Position numbers and translations under genes: made by a program
Source of the DNA: Candidatus Xenobia bacterium
GTDB lineage: Bacteria > Vulcanimicrobiota > Xenobia > Xenobiales > QWHO01
DNA length: 64,000 nt
Direction: 5' to 3'
NCBI GenBank assembly: GCA_045863235.1
Contig: BTUM01000014.1
Span: 32,001-96,000, forward strand
The notes under the pieces: generated by a model
What the model was told of the DNA's origin: nothing
Database searches by the model: none
What the model saw: only the letters and a program-made list of their open reading frames with translations
Part shown: positions 50,631 through 60,660 of the stretch, one piece after another
How the letters are laid out: each line of letters opens with the position of its first letter
Position numbering within the stretch: the first letter of the stretch is position 1

Positions 50631-51953
50631 TCAACCCTCGAACGACAGCAAGAACGGCTGCTCCAGCGCCGAGCACACCCAGCGGAGGAAGCGGGCCGCG
50701 TTGGCCCCGTCGATCAGCCGGTGATCGTAGGACAGGCTGAGCGGCAACATCAGGCGCGGGACAAACGCGTTGCCGTCCCAGACCGGCTCCATCCGAGAGC
50801 GCGAGACGCCCAGGATGGCCGCCTCGGGCGGGTTGACGATGGGCGAGAAAGCGGTGCCGCCGATGCCGCCCAGGTTGGTGATGGTGATGCAGGCCCCCTG
50901 CAGGTCCTCCATGCTGGTCTTGCGATCGCGCGCCTTCTCGGCCAGGGCCTGCAATTCTGCGGCCAGCTCGAGGATGTTCTTGCGCTCGACGTTCTTGACC
51001 ACCGGCACCAGCAGGCCGCTGGGCGTATCCACGGCCACGCCTACATTGAAGAACTTCTTGTAGACGATCTCCTGGCTGTCCAGGTCGATGCTGGCATTGA
51101 AGTCGGGGAAGCGCTTGAGGGCCGAGGCCAGCACCTTGAGCAGGATGGCTGTGACAGTCAGCTTGCCGCCCGCCTTCTCGGCCCGCGGGGAGAGTGAGAC
51201 CCGCAGCTTCTCGAGTTCGGTGATGTCGCACTGGTCATACTGGGTGACCTGGGGGATGGTGGTCCAGGCCAGGGTCATCTGCTCGGCCGTCTTCTTGCGC
51301 ACGCCCTTGAGCGGCTCGCGCGAAGTCTCACCCCAGCGGCTGAAGTCGGGCAGGCTGACGCGCGGCAGGGCGGGCGCGCCGGCGGCCGGCGCGACGGCCA
51401 GCGTCCCGGCCAGCATCTGCTTGGCGGTGCGCTTGACATCCTCGGCCGAAATGCGTCCACCCGGGCCGGTGCCCTGCACCTGGGCGATGTTGACCCCGAT
51501 CTCGCGGGCCAGGCGCCGCACCGAGGGGGCCGCCGGGGCTGAGGGACCGGCGGCCACGGGAGCGGTCTTGGAGCTACCGTTGGTCTTGACCGCCGGGACG
51601 ACCGGCGGGGGGGGCGCCTCGCGGGTCGCCACGGCCGGCGGCTCGCTGCGGGGGGCGGGAGCGGGCTCGCTCCGGGGCGAGGGAGCGGGGGCCTTGCTGC
51701 TGGCAGCCGGCGCCGAGCCTCCGGTTACCGTCAGGATGACCTGGCCCACCCGGGCCCGCTCGCCCGCCTTGACCAGCACCTTCTCGACAGTACCCGCAAC
51801 CTCGGCCGGCACCTCCACGGTGGCCTTGTCGGTCTCCAGTTCGACGACGGCGGTTTGAGCCGTGACGGTGTCGCCCGGTTTGACCAGCACCCGCAGCACG
51901 TCGGCGCCGTCGATGTTATCGCCCAGGTTGGGCAGCTTGACTTCGGTGGCCAT
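50631..51953 (-). CDS. aceF: Pyruvate dehydrogenase E2 dihydrolipoamide acetyltransferase
   Basis: Lipoyl ETDKAT, E3-binding GTGPGGRI, catalytic DHRLIDG. Confidence 0.93.
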   Translation of the reverse strand: MATEVKLPNLGDNIDGADVLRVLVKPGDTVTAQTAVVELETDKATVEVPAEVAGTVEKVLVKAGERARVGQVILTVTGGSAPAASSKAPAPSPRSEPAPAPRSEPPAVATREAPPPPVVPAVKTNGSSKTAPVAAGPSAPAAPSVRRLAREIGVNIAQVQGTGPGGRISAEDVKRTAKQMLAGTLAVAPAAGAPALPRVSLPDFSRWGETSREPLKGVRKKTAEQMTLAWTTIPQVTQYDQCDITELEKLRVSLSPRAEKAGGKLTVTAILLKVLASALKRFPDFNASIDLDSQEIVYKKFFNVGVAVDTPSGLLVPVVKNVERKNILELAAELQALAEKARDRKTSMEDLQGACITITNLGGIGGTAFSPIVNPPEAAILGVSRSRMEPVWDGNAFVPRLMLPLSLSYDHRLIDGANAARFLRWVCSALEQPFLLSFEG

Positions 51954-51983
51954 GTTCTAAACCTTGCTCCGATCACTGTGTTG

Positions 51984-52051
51984 AGCGTTACGTGCTGAAG
52001 GTTTTGCCTACCCTTCGGGGGCGCCCCCACACAAGTCTGTAAACCTTCAGC
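51984..52051. repeat. Dispersed intergenic repeat, family 2 copy with inverted repeat arms
   Basis: GCTGAAGGTTT(51994)/AAACCTTCAGC(52041) bracket the 37-nt core shared with 27055. Confidence 0.75.
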
Positions 52052-52052
52052 C

Positions 52053-54749
52053 TTAGGAAATGAGCGGATTGCGCTTCTCAGGAGAGATCTTCAGCTCCTT
52101 CATCGCCTTCTCCACTTTGGCCGCTTCGAGCTGACCAGCGTCGGCCAGGCCCTTGAGGGTGGCCAGCACGATGTGGCGCGCATCCACCTCGAAGAAGTCG
52201 CGCAGCTCCTCGCGGGTCTCACTGCGCCCGAAGCCGTCGGTGCCGAGTGCGATCAAGCCGGGGATCCATTTTGCCAGGGTCATGGGCACAGCCTTGAGAT
52301 AGTCGGAGGCGGCCACCACCGGACCCTCGGCGCCCTTGAGGGCCTGCACCAGGTAGGGCACGCGAGCCTTCTTGGTGGGATGCAGGCGGTTGTGGCGCTC
52401 GCAGTCCTGGGCCTCGCGATACAGCTCCTTGTAGGAGGTGGCGCTCCAGACATCCGCCGACACGCCGTGCTCGGCCAACATCTCCTGGGCTTTGAGAACC
52501 TGCAGCATGATCGGTCCGCTGCCGAACAGTTGGGCCTTCAGCTTGCCCTTGTCGCCTTTCTTGAACAGGTAGAGGCCTTTGAGGATTCCCTGCTCGGACC
52601 CGGCCGGCATCGCGGGGTGGACGTGATTCTCGTTGGTCACGGTCAGGTAGTAGAAGATCGGCTCCTGCTCGATGTACATCCGGCGGATACCGTCTTGGAT
52701 GATGACGGCCAGCTCATAGGCAAAGGCAGGGTCGTAGGCCATCAGATTGGGCACCGGATAGGCCAGCAGGTGGGAGTTGCCGTCTTGATGCTGCAGGCCC
52801 TCACCGTTCAGGGTCGTGCGCCCCGAGGTTGCCCCCAGCAAGAAGCCGCGGCAGCGCATGTCGGCGGCGGCCCAGATCAGGTCGCCGATGCGCTGGAACC
52901 CGAACATCGAGTAGAAGATGAAGAAGGGAATGGTGGGGATCTGGTGGGTGGCGTAGGCCGTGCCAGCGGCGATGAAGCTTGACATGGAGCCGGCCTCGGT
53001 GATGCCCTCCTCCAGGATCTGCCCGTCGAGAGATTCCTTGTAGTAAAGCAGACTGGCCGCATCCACCGGCTCGTAGAGCTGACCGACGCTGGAGTAGATG
53101 CCTACGGCCCGGAACAGCGATTCCATGCCGAAAGTGCGGGCCTCGTCGGGGACGATGGGCACCAGGTACCTGCCCACGCTGGGATCGCGCAACAGCTTGG
53201 ACAAGAGCCGCACGAAGGCCATGGTGGTGGAGAGCTCGCGGTCGCCCGAGCCGGGGTGGAACTCCTGGAATGTCTCCGGGTCGGGGGGTTGGATGGCCGG
53301 GCAGCGATCCTGTCGGTGCGGCACCGAGCCGCCCAGAGCCTTGCGGCGCTCGAGCATGTACTGCACTTCGGGGCTGTCCGGGGCCGGCCGATAGAAGGGG
53401 GTATGGGAGCACTGCTCGTCGTCGAGCGGAATGCCGAAGCGGCTGCGGAACTCCTTGAGGCTGTCGAGGTCGAGCTTCTTCTGTTGGTGGGTGATGTTGC
53501 GGGCCTCGCCCGAATCGCCCATCCCGTAGCCCTTGATGGTCAGGGCCAGGATCACCGTGGGCGAGCCGCGGTGCTCCACGGCCGACTTGAAGGCGGCGTA
53601 GACCTTCTCGGGGTCGTGACCGCCCCGGCGCATGCGCTCGAGCTGCTCGTCGGAAAGATGCTCGACCATCTTGAGCAGGCGCGGATCGGCCCCGAAAAAG
53701 TGCTCGCGGATGTAGGCCCCGCCCTCGACCACGTACTTCTGGTATTCGCCGTCGACCACCTGGCCGCAGCGCTCGACGAGCACGTGGTCCTTGTCCTTCT
53801 CAAAGAGCGGATCCCAGTCGCCGCCCCAGATCACCTTGATCACGTTCCAGCCGGCGCCCTTGAAGGCCGCCTCCAACTCGCGGATGATGCTGGAGTTGCC
53901 CCGCACCGGGCCGTCCAGCCGCTGCAGGTTGCAGTTGACCACGAAGATCAGGTTGTCGAGCTTCTCGCGCGAGGCCAGCGTGATGGCCCCCAGGCTTTCG
54001 GGCTCATCGGTCTCGCCGTCGCCCAGGAAGGCCCACACCTTCTGGTGGGTGCGCTCTTTCAGGCCCCGGTTGATCAGATACCGGTTGAAGCGAGCCTGAT
54101 AGATGGCCATAATGGGGCCCAGCCCCATGCTGACGGTGGGGAACTCCCAGAAGTTGGGCATGAGCCAGGGGTGAGGATAGGAGCTCAGCCCTCCCCCGTC
54201 GGCCAGCTCGCGGCGGAAGTTCTCCAGGTCTTTCTCGGTCAGTCGGCCCTCCAGGAAGGCTCGGGCGTAGACGCCCGGGGAGGAGTGGCCCTGGAAGTAG
54301 ATGAGATCGCCGTGGCAGGGATGGTCCTTGCCTCGGAAAAAGTGGTTGAAGCCCACTTCCAGCAGGGTTGCGGCCGACTGGTAGGTAGCGATGTGGCCGC
54401 CGATGCCGGGGGTCACCTTGTTGCCCCTCACCACCATGGCCATGGCGTTCCAGCGGATCAGGCTCTTGATGCGCCGTTCGATGTCACGGCTGCCCGGATA
54501 GGGAGGCTGGAAATGAGCCGGAATGGTGTTGATGTAGGGGGTGTTGGCGGTAAAGGGGACGCGTACGCCCTTCTTCCGAGCATGCACCTGCAGGCGGCGC
54601 AAGATCTCTACCACCCGCTCGGGGCCCTGGCTCTCCAGGATGTAGTCGAGCGACTCGAGCCATTCGCGGTCTTCGATCTCGCGAAGCAGGCGGCTTTCTT
54701 CGGATTCTCCTTCGGGGGTGCCCGCGCGGGCAGTGGTCGTGTCAATCAT
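52053..54749 (-). CDS. aceE: Pyruvate dehydrogenase E1, homodimeric type
   Basis: TPYINTIP, SSYPHP, GDGETDEPES (TPP binding), EGLQHQDG and GTDGFGRS motifs. Confidence 0.96.
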   Translation of the reverse strand: MIDTTTARAGTPEGESEESRLLREIEDREWLESLDYILESQGPERVVEILRRLQVHARKKGVRVPFTANTPYINTIPAHFQPPYPGSRDIERRIKSLIRWNAMAMVVRGNKVTPGIGGHIATYQSAATLLEVGFNHFFRGKDHPCHGDLIYFQGHSSPGVYARAFLEGRLTEKDLENFRRELADGGGLSSYPHPWLMPNFWEFPTVSMGLGPIMAIYQARFNRYLINRGLKERTHQKVWAFLGDGETDEPESLGAITLASREKLDNLIFVVNCNLQRLDGPVRGNSSIIRELEAAFKGAGWNVIKVIWGGDWDPLFEKDKDHVLVERCGQVVDGEYQKYVVEGGAYIREHFFGADPRLLKMVEHLSDEQLERMRRGGHDPEKVYAAFKSAVEHRGSPTVILALTIKGYGMGDSGEARNITHQQKKLDLDSLKEFRSRFGIPLDDEQCSHTPFYRPAPDSPEVQYMLERRKALGGSVPHRQDRCPAIQPPDPETFQEFHPGSGDRELSTTMAFVRLLSKLLRDPSVGRYLVPIVPDEARTFGMESLFRAVGIYSSVGQLYEPVDAASLLYYKESLDGQILEEGITEAGSMSSFIAAGTAYATHQIPTIPFFIFYSMFGFQRIGDLIWAAADMRCRGFLLGATSGRTTLNGEGLQHQDGNSHLLAYPVPNLMAYDPAFAYELAVIIQDGIRRMYIEQEPIFYYLTVTNENHVHPAMPAGSEQGILKGLYLFKKGDKGKLKAQLFGSGPIMLQVLKAQEMLAEHGVSADVWSATSYKELYREAQDCERHNRLHPTKKARVPYLVQALKGAEGPVVAASDYLKAVPMTLAKWIPGLIALGTDGFGRSETREELRDFFEVDARHIVLATLKGLADAGQLEAAKVEKAMKELKISPEKRNPLIS

Positions 54750-54793
54750 AGCCCGAGCAGCTTCGCTTCGAGGCGGAAAGTTCCCCCAACTGG

Positions 54794-56293
54794 TCAGGAG
54801 AGAGGGAATCCGGCCCGAACCAGCGTGCCCTCGCCGGGCCGGCTCTCGATCTGCAGCCAGCCGCCCAGCAGCTCGACCCGCTCGCGCATACTCTGCAGCC
54901 CGACGCCCTCGGGAGACTGCTCGGTGTCGAAACCCACGCCCCAGTCCTGAAACTCCAGCCGGATCTCGCCTTCCTCCAGGCTCAGCCTGAGGGCCACCCG
55001 CTCAGCGCGCGAATGGCGCCGGGCATTGCTCAGGCACTCGCCGGCAATGCGATAGAGTCCGGTCTCCAGGGCGCCCGGTATGTTCGTGCCCCCCAGCTCG
55101 TTGCGGAAGGTGACCTCCCAGCCCAGCTCCTGGCGCGCATCCTCGAGCTGGCGGCGCAGGGTTTCCACCAGTCCCAGCTGCTCGAGAGCCGATGGCCGAA
55201 GGTCGTAGATCAGCCGCCGACCCTCCTCCACCGAGCCTTTGAGGAACTCCACCGCCCGAGCCAGGCTCTCCTCTCCCCGCCTTTTCTTGAACATCTGCAA
55301 CTGCAGGTCGGCGGCGATCACATACTGCAGCATTCCGTCGTGAAGGTCGCGGGCCACCGAGCGGCGCTCCTCCTCCTGGGCGGTGATGAGCCGGTCGAGC
55401 AGCTCGCGCAGGCGCGCCTCTTTGACGGCCAGGCGCGACTCGGCCTGCTTGCGGTCGCTGATGTCCTGAGCCACCGTGACCAGGGCTTTGAGCTCACCCG
55501 ACTCCCCCGAGACCAGAGAGCAAGACATGAGCACCGGGATGGGAGAGCCGTCTCGAGCCCGATAGACGGCCTCCAGGTTGCGACAGGAAGCCATCGTGAC
55601 CGGACTGGAGCTGCTTTGCAGGATGGATTTGAAGGGCTGGCCCACCAGCTCTTCCTCGGAGTAGCCCAGAACGTTGCAGGCCACGCCGTTGACCGCCCGC
55701 ACGATTCCATCCGCTCCGACCACCACCAGCAGGTTGCTCAACGAGCGCAACACCCGGTCGGCATAGGGATGGGTAGAGAGGGGCAGGGGCTCGGGAGTGA
55801 GTCGGCGGCCGGGCCAGGAAAGCAGCGCCATCAAGACCAGAGCCCCTGCAGCCAGCAGGGCCCCCTCCCAATCCAGGGCCTGGCGACTGGCATAGACAGG
55901 TGGGTCGGGGGGCAGGGAGCCGGCCAGCTCGCGGGCAGCCGGCTGGATCTTGGACAGCAGGAGCATCTCGGAGCGCTGCTGTTGTCCCGACTGAACCAGC
56001 GCCAGAGCCTCGGCCCCGTACTGGACCAGGCGAGACAAGGCTTCGCGTCCGGAGGGAGCCAGCGGCGCCAGCCTGGTCAACTCGGCCTGAAGAGTGCGAA
56101 TGCGCGACCGATCACCCCCGGACTCGAGAATCAAGGCCGTGTACTCATCCTCGAGTTGAAACGCCAGCAACCTCATCCTCTGCTGGTCGCGCTGACGCTC
56201 GAGCTCGCCGGCCCGGGTCTGCCAGGCCCAGCTCCAGTGCGCTCCTCCCAGGATCAAGGCGGCCAGCAGGCCGTACGTGAGCCTGACTCTCAC
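54794..56293 (-). CDS. PAS-domain sensor histidine kinase (NarX/HisKA_3 type)
   Basis: Two TMs, PAS domain, EERRSVARDLHD, N-box (LSNARRHS), DWGVGF and GVGLQSMRERV. Confidence 0.9.
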   Translation of the reverse strand: MRVRLTYGLLAALILGGAHWSWAWQTRAGELERQRDQQRMRLLAFQLEDEYTALILESGGDRSRIRTLQAELTRLAPLAPSGREALSRLVQYGAEALALVQSGQQQRSEMLLLSKIQPAARELAGSLPPDPPVYASRQALDWEGALLAAGALVLMALLSWPGRRLTPEPLPLSTHPYADRVLRSLSNLLVVVGADGIVRAVNGVACNVLGYSEEELVGQPFKSILQSSSSPVTMASCRNLEAVYRARDGSPIPVLMSCSLVSGESGELKALVTVAQDISDRKQAESRLAVKEARLRELLDRLITAQEEERRSVARDLHDGMLQYVIAADLQLQMFKKRRGEESLARAVEFLKGSVEEGRRLIYDLRPSALEQLGLVETLRRQLEDARQELGWEVTFRNELGGTNIPGALETGLYRIAGECLSNARRHSRAERVALRLSLEEGEIRLEFQDWGVGFDTEQSPEGVGLQSMRERVELLGGWLQIESRPGEGTLVRAGFPLS

Positions 56294-57504
56294 GCTCGCT
56301 CCATGGCGGCCCGCAGAGCGGCGGCTGCCTCGTTGATGTCGCGGTAGCGATCGCGGGGGCTGGCGGCCAGCATGCGGTGCAGGACCCGGCTGAGCTGCGG
56401 CTTGCCCGGCAGCTCGGGGAGGGGCTGATGGCGACGACGCAGCATCTCGACCAGGTCGGCGGCCTGAAAGGGATGCTGGCCGGTCAGCACCTCCCAGGCC
56501 AACACGCCCAGGGAATACTGATCGCCAGCTCGGGTCGGCCGTCCGCCGTGCAGCAGCTCGGGCGCCACGTAGGACGGTGCGGCCGAGGTCTGGCCGGCGC
56601 AGAAATCGATCAGGCGGGGTCGCCCGCGCTCATCCACCAGCACATTCTGAGGACGAAGGTCGCCGTGCACCACTCCGAACTCGTGGGCATGACAGACCAC
56701 TTCCAGCAGTCCGCTCAGGCAAGAAGCCGCCTCCTTTCCGCTCAGGCTGGCCAGGCTGGTACCGCGCACCAGCTCGTAGACGACGAAGAAACGCCCCTGG
56801 AAGGTGCCGTAATCGAGCATCGGGACGAGGCCGGGGTGAACCAGGCGCCCCGCCACCCTGGCCTCGTGGTGCCCCTGAGCCTCGTAACCGGGCCGGAACA
56901 GCTTCAAGACGACCTCCGGGCCGTGGGGAATCAGCTCGTCGGCTACCGCCCGATAGGCAACGCCATGGGCACCCTGGCCCAGACGCTCGAGCAGCCGCCA
57001 GCTCGCCACCCGGGACAGGACGAGCGGATCCTCGCCGGCTGGCCATCCGGCCAGGTACTCCTGGCGTATCCGACGCAGGCTCTTCCGTCGCTCTCGCCGC
57101 GCCAGCCAGATCCCAAGGAATCCAAGCAGCGAGGCTCCGGCCAGTAACGGATAGACGTGCTGGCGCATCCACTCAACGCTGGTGATCGGGGTGAGCCTGA
57201 CGGGGCGACCAGGCGGCCAGACCCGCTCGCTTTCGAAGAAGCCGCTCGGGATCGTCAGGATCTCTTCGCGAAAGCCCTCTTTGTAGCATCGAATGCGCAG
57301 GGTGGAGACCCGGCGCGCCTCGGTCAGATCGAGCCAGAACCACTCACCCGAGCGGCCCAGGTAGGAGCCTGCCGGGCTCGAGCCGGAAACGTCCAGATAG
57401 AGCCGGGCACCGGGGGGCCTGGTCTCGATTCGAACCTGCACCGCGTCCAGGCCGTCGGCCCGGGCAAACAGCAGCAGGGCAACCAGAAAGAGCACGCGCT
57501 TCAA
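56290..57504 (-). CDS. Membrane Ser/Thr kinase-like protein with PEGA-like extracellular domain
   Basis: ETRPPGARLY, TM, LGQGAHG, VVLK, HGDLRPQN, YVAPE and GDQYSLG motifs. Confidence 0.8.
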   Translation of the reverse strand: MKRVLFLVALLLFARADGLDAVQVRIETRPPGARLYLDVSGSSPAGSYLGRSGEWFWLDLTEARRVSTLRIRCYKEGFREEILTIPSGFFESERVWPPGRPVRLTPITSVEWMRQHVYPLLAGASLLGFLGIWLARRERRKSLRRIRQEYLAGWPAGEDPLVLSRVASWRLLERLGQGAHGVAYRAVADELIPHGPEVVLKLFRPGYEAQGHHEARVAGRLVHPGLVPMLDYGTFQGRFFVVYELVRGTSLASLSGKEAASCLSGLLEVVCHAHEFGVVHGDLRPQNVLVDERGRPRLIDFCAGQTSAAPSYVAPELLHGGRPTRAGDQYSLGVLAWEVLTGQHPFQAADLVEMLRRRHQPLPELPGKPQLSRVLHRMLAASPRDRYRDINEAAAALRAAMERA

Positions 57505-57562
57505 GGTCGTCTTTCGGGCCGAGCAACGACCTGACGCAGCGTGGTGGCACAAAGGGCGAACT

Positions 57563-58198
57563 TCAAGGCTCGTTCCTCAAGAATACGTCTCGGCTCAGCT
57601 CGAAGCGTTCGGGGCGGCTGTGCAGGATTGGCTTCTCGAGCACCAGCCGGAGGCTCAGGGGCTGGGCTGGAGTCTCGGCCGAGCCGGCCAGGGAGGCTGC
57701 GAAATCGACCACGCCCGATGCCACGCAAACTTCGCCGTCATCGCGCTCGGAGGCAACCAATCGCATGAGTGGTGCAGGCAGTTTGCTGGGGTGCTTGCGG
57801 GCCAGCTTCAGGGGAGGGCCGTTCCCTTTGGAGGTTCCGCTGGCGGCCCGACTGCGACGCCAAAGCTTGCGCTCGGCCGGGGCCCAGGAGTAGACGATGA
57901 GGCGCTCTTCCCACAACTGCTGGCCATCGGTGCCCACATCCTCGAGCCTGACCAGCGCCAGCGCGGCACCTTCGGCCCCACTGGTCGGCACCAGGCTCAC
58001 CCCGCCGGGGGCCGACAGGCGCGCGTCATCGGCGATTCGACCCAGCGCCATGGCGGCCATCTGCTGCAGCTCCACCCGGGTGGAAAGTCGCGACCACTCG
58101 TGCACCGTGAAGCGATAAAGGGCCAGGAGCAGCCCCAGAATGAGCAGGGACAGGGCGGCCCCCACGAGCAGCTCGATCAGAGTGTATCCTCGTCTCAT
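57563..58198 (-). CDS. Prepilin-type minor pilin (PilW-like)
   Basis: MRRG^YTLIELLVG followed by a hydrophobic helix. Confidence 0.8.
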   Translation of the reverse strand: MRRGYTLIELLVGAALSLLILGLLLALYRFTVHEWSRLSTRVELQQMAAMALGRIADDARLSAPGGVSLVPTSGAEGAALALVRLEDVGTDGQQLWEERLIVYSWAPAERKLWRRSRAASGTSKGNGPPLKLARKHPSKLPAPLMRLVASERDDGEVCVASGVVDFAASLAGSAETPAQPLSLRLVLEKPILHSRPERFELSRDVFLRNEP

Positions 58199-58578
58199 CG
58201 CCCCACCGTCGAAATCCAGAGCTCGCGCGACAACTGCTGGGGGCGGCCCCGCCAGCTCCAGCTCACGCGTACCTCCAGGCCGCGCAGATAGTCCGGATCG
58301 CGACCGCTCACCACGAAGACCTCCACCTGGCGGCGATACTCCAGGCCGTGGCGGGTAACCGCCGGCAGCTCGCGCTGACCCAGGCCGAGAGCCGCAAACG
58401 ATTGTCCCCGCAGCTGGTCGAGGGTGGACTCGGCCAGGCTCTGAGCCTCCAGGCGCTGGCGGCTGGACTCGATCGAGATGCCCGTCATCGGGTAGAGCGT
58501 GCACAGCATCACGATCACCAGGGCCAGCACGGCGATCGTGACCACGCTTTCGAGAGCGGAGAGGCCCCGGCGGCTCAT
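58195..58578 (-). CDS. Prepilin-type minor pilin (PilV-like)
   Basis: MSRRG^LSALE and C-terminal VRVSW. Confidence 0.75.
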   Translation of the reverse strand: MSRRGLSALESVVTIAVLALVIVMLCTLYPMTGISIESSRQRLEAQSLAESTLDQLRGQSFAALGLGQRELPAVTRHGLEYRRQVEVFVVSGRDPDYLRGLEVRVSWSWRGRPQQLSRELWISTVGR

Positions 58579-60137
58579 TCCTGCTGTTGCCTCCAGAGCG
58601 TGATCTTCATCCGCTGCTCGAAGGGCAGGAAGCGGCTCAGGTCGAGCTGCACCGGATCAACCGGGGCCGGCGGGGGAGCTTGCAAGAGCGCCCGCAGGGC
58701 GGCATCCACCTCGTCTCGGGTGGGAACAGCGGCCGCTCCGGCTACCTGCTCGACCACCAGCATCACGCGGCTGATCGCTTCCTCGTGCGTCAGCCCACTC
58801 TGACTCTCCAGAGTGAGCGGATTTTGCACCGTAAAGGTGGGATTGTCAAAGCGCACGGGAATTCGATAGCCGCCCGGGAGAGCAAGCTCGCTCATTCCAC
58901 CCGGAACCAGGTCCAGGGCGGTCGCCTGGGGGGCCTGGATCAGAGTGACCCCGTTGAGGACCACCGAGCCCCGGGCCACCAGACTGCCGAGCACCATGAC
59001 CTGGGTGGCTCGGAAGTCACGGTCGGAGTACAGCATTCCCTGGAAGTGGGAGTTGGGCCCGCCCACAATCTGCACGTCCCCGCCCGAGACCAGGGCCACC
59101 TGGTTGTCGCTGGCCAGGGCGGAGCCACCGTGAAGAACGGTGTCCCCCGTGACGAAGATGGCGCCCACCCCGTGCGCGCCGCCGTCGATACGAAGATTCC
59201 CGTCCACGAACAGCACCCCGTTGTCCAGGGCCAACCCGTCGCGGATGCGCAGGTCGCCCTGACGGCGCACGAAGCCGATCAGGGCCGGATCGGACAGCTC
59301 GTCCACGGCCAGATGGCGAACCTGGCTTCGTCCCTGGGCCACCGGGTCATAGTCCCGAACGTCCAGGCGGGGCAGGCTCACCGGGGCCAGGTTCTGCTTG
59401 ACCTGACCGCCCACCCGACTGCCGCGCGGGTCGACCAGCACCTCGCCCCCGGCCCGCAGGTCCCCGGTCACGCGCGAGTTGGGGCCGAGCACCAGCGAGC
59501 TGGACCCGGGCGCATTGCTGAGCAGGTTACCCGGACCAAGCTCCTCTTCCAGACGCAGGTCCAGGGCCGTCGTGTCCGTTCCCGCGGGAACCGAGCCCAC
59601 CAGCAGGTTTCCGTTCGAGCGCAGGCTGCCTCCGGCGGCGACCGCATAGGGGAAGGCGGGCATCTGCAACAGGATCTCCACGTTGCGCGTGACCCCACCC
59701 ACGGTAGCACAACCGATCAGGTGGGAGCTGGCGGGCGGAACGGCGCGGCCCCAGCCAGGGACAGCCACGTCGCCGGCCAGGTTGTTGGTCGAGCAGGGGA
59801 TGGAGTGTTGCGCGGCCAGGAGCGGGTCGAAGGTCAGAAGGGCCCGACCTGGACCGGTCCGAGGGCGCATTTCGAGCAACCCTCCCCGGTTGGCCGGGGT
59901 GCCAAAGGTGACATCCGTGCGCAGATGGTCGGTCGCCAGCGCGATGACCGATTCGGAAAGAGCGCGCCCCTGCTCGAGCGACTCGAGTCTGGTGGTGAAG
60001 CTCAGATTGCTGACCCCCACCCCCGCCAGGGCAAACGACAAGGTGACCAGCACCGCCACCAGCATTAGAGTGCTGGCCAGGCTGGCTCCACGCCCTCCCG
60101 GACGTCTTCTGGCGGGAGAGAGCAATTTGCTCGACAC
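58575..60137 (-). CDS. PilX-like protein with C-terminal beta-solenoid (start uncertain)
   Basis: RG^ASLASTLML lacking Glu+5; repeated G-x-L-F-V-x-G-N/D strands. Confidence 0.7.
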   Translation of the reverse strand: MSSKLLSPARRRPGGRGASLASTLMLVAVLVTLSFALAGVGVSNLSFTTRLESLEQGRALSESVIALATDHLRTDVTFGTPANRGGLLEMRPRTGPGRALLTFDPLLAAQHSIPCSTNNLAGDVAVPGWGRAVPPASSHLIGCATVGGVTRNVEILLQMPAFPYAVAAGGSLRSNGNLLVGSVPAGTDTTALDLRLEEELGPGNLLSNAPGSSSLVLGPNSRVTGDLRAGGEVLVDPRGSRVGGQVKQNLAPVSLPRLDVRDYDPVAQGRSQVRHLAVDELSDPALIGFVRRQGDLRIRDGLALDNGVLFVDGNLRIDGGAHGVGAIFVTGDTVLHGGSALASDNQVALVSGGDVQIVGGPNSHFQGMLYSDRDFRATQVMVLGSLVARGSVVLNGVTLIQAPQATALDLVPGGMSELALPGGYRIPVRFDNPTFTVQNPLTLESQSGLTHEEAISRVMLVVEQVAGAAAVPTRDEVDAALRALLQAPPPAPVDPVQLDLSRFLPFEQRMKITLWRQQQE

Positions 60138-60314
60138 GGTTGTGATCAGTACGTAGCACACTACCCGAGGATCTTCAACCAGAGAGCCGGTACATTGCAA
60201 AAACGATGCCACCCGGTTGGGTACACCGGGACCCAGCGCCATGCACCGTAAGGTCCCACGACTCTCGCCCCGGGAGGGAAGCGCCGGAAGGCGTTATCGG
60301 GTATACTGATGATC

Positions 60315-60596
60315 GTGCACACTGCAAGTTCGTCCTACCCTCAAGGGTGCGCGGTCGGAAAGCCTTGACACAGTTTCCGGACGCGCGACGCCCCACGTGT
60401 TGTGCTGAAAGTCCGGCCGCCTGCACATCTTGGGGTGGCGGAGGCGGGGGGAAGCCCCCCCGAAAGCCCGAGGACGCACAGGGAGGCGGCCGCCGGACTT
60501 CCAGGAGCGCAGGCGACGTTGGTGGTGGAGGTCTCCTCCGACATCCCAGGGGGGTTGCGGCCGGGCTCCTGGGAACGAGCTTGGCGGACAGTGCAC
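60315..60596 (+). ncRNA. Candidate ~280-nt structured RNA or leader upstream of the response regulator
   Basis: End-to-end pairing plus internal 8-9 bp helices; TATACT at 60302-60307. Confidence 0.4.
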
Positions 60597-60660
60597 CAGA
60601 AGGTCGGATCCTTCACAACCGGATCCGTCCCACGGCCAAACCTGAGGGAGAGAACATCGC

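Noticed and set aside
50631..54749. PDH cluster lacking E3 (lpdA)
   Set aside because: E3 is commonly encoded elsewhere, so this is not unusual.
60405..60420. GAAAGTCCGG resembling RNase P CR-I
   Set aside because: It pairs locally with 60492-60500, and the other conserved RNase P regions were not found.
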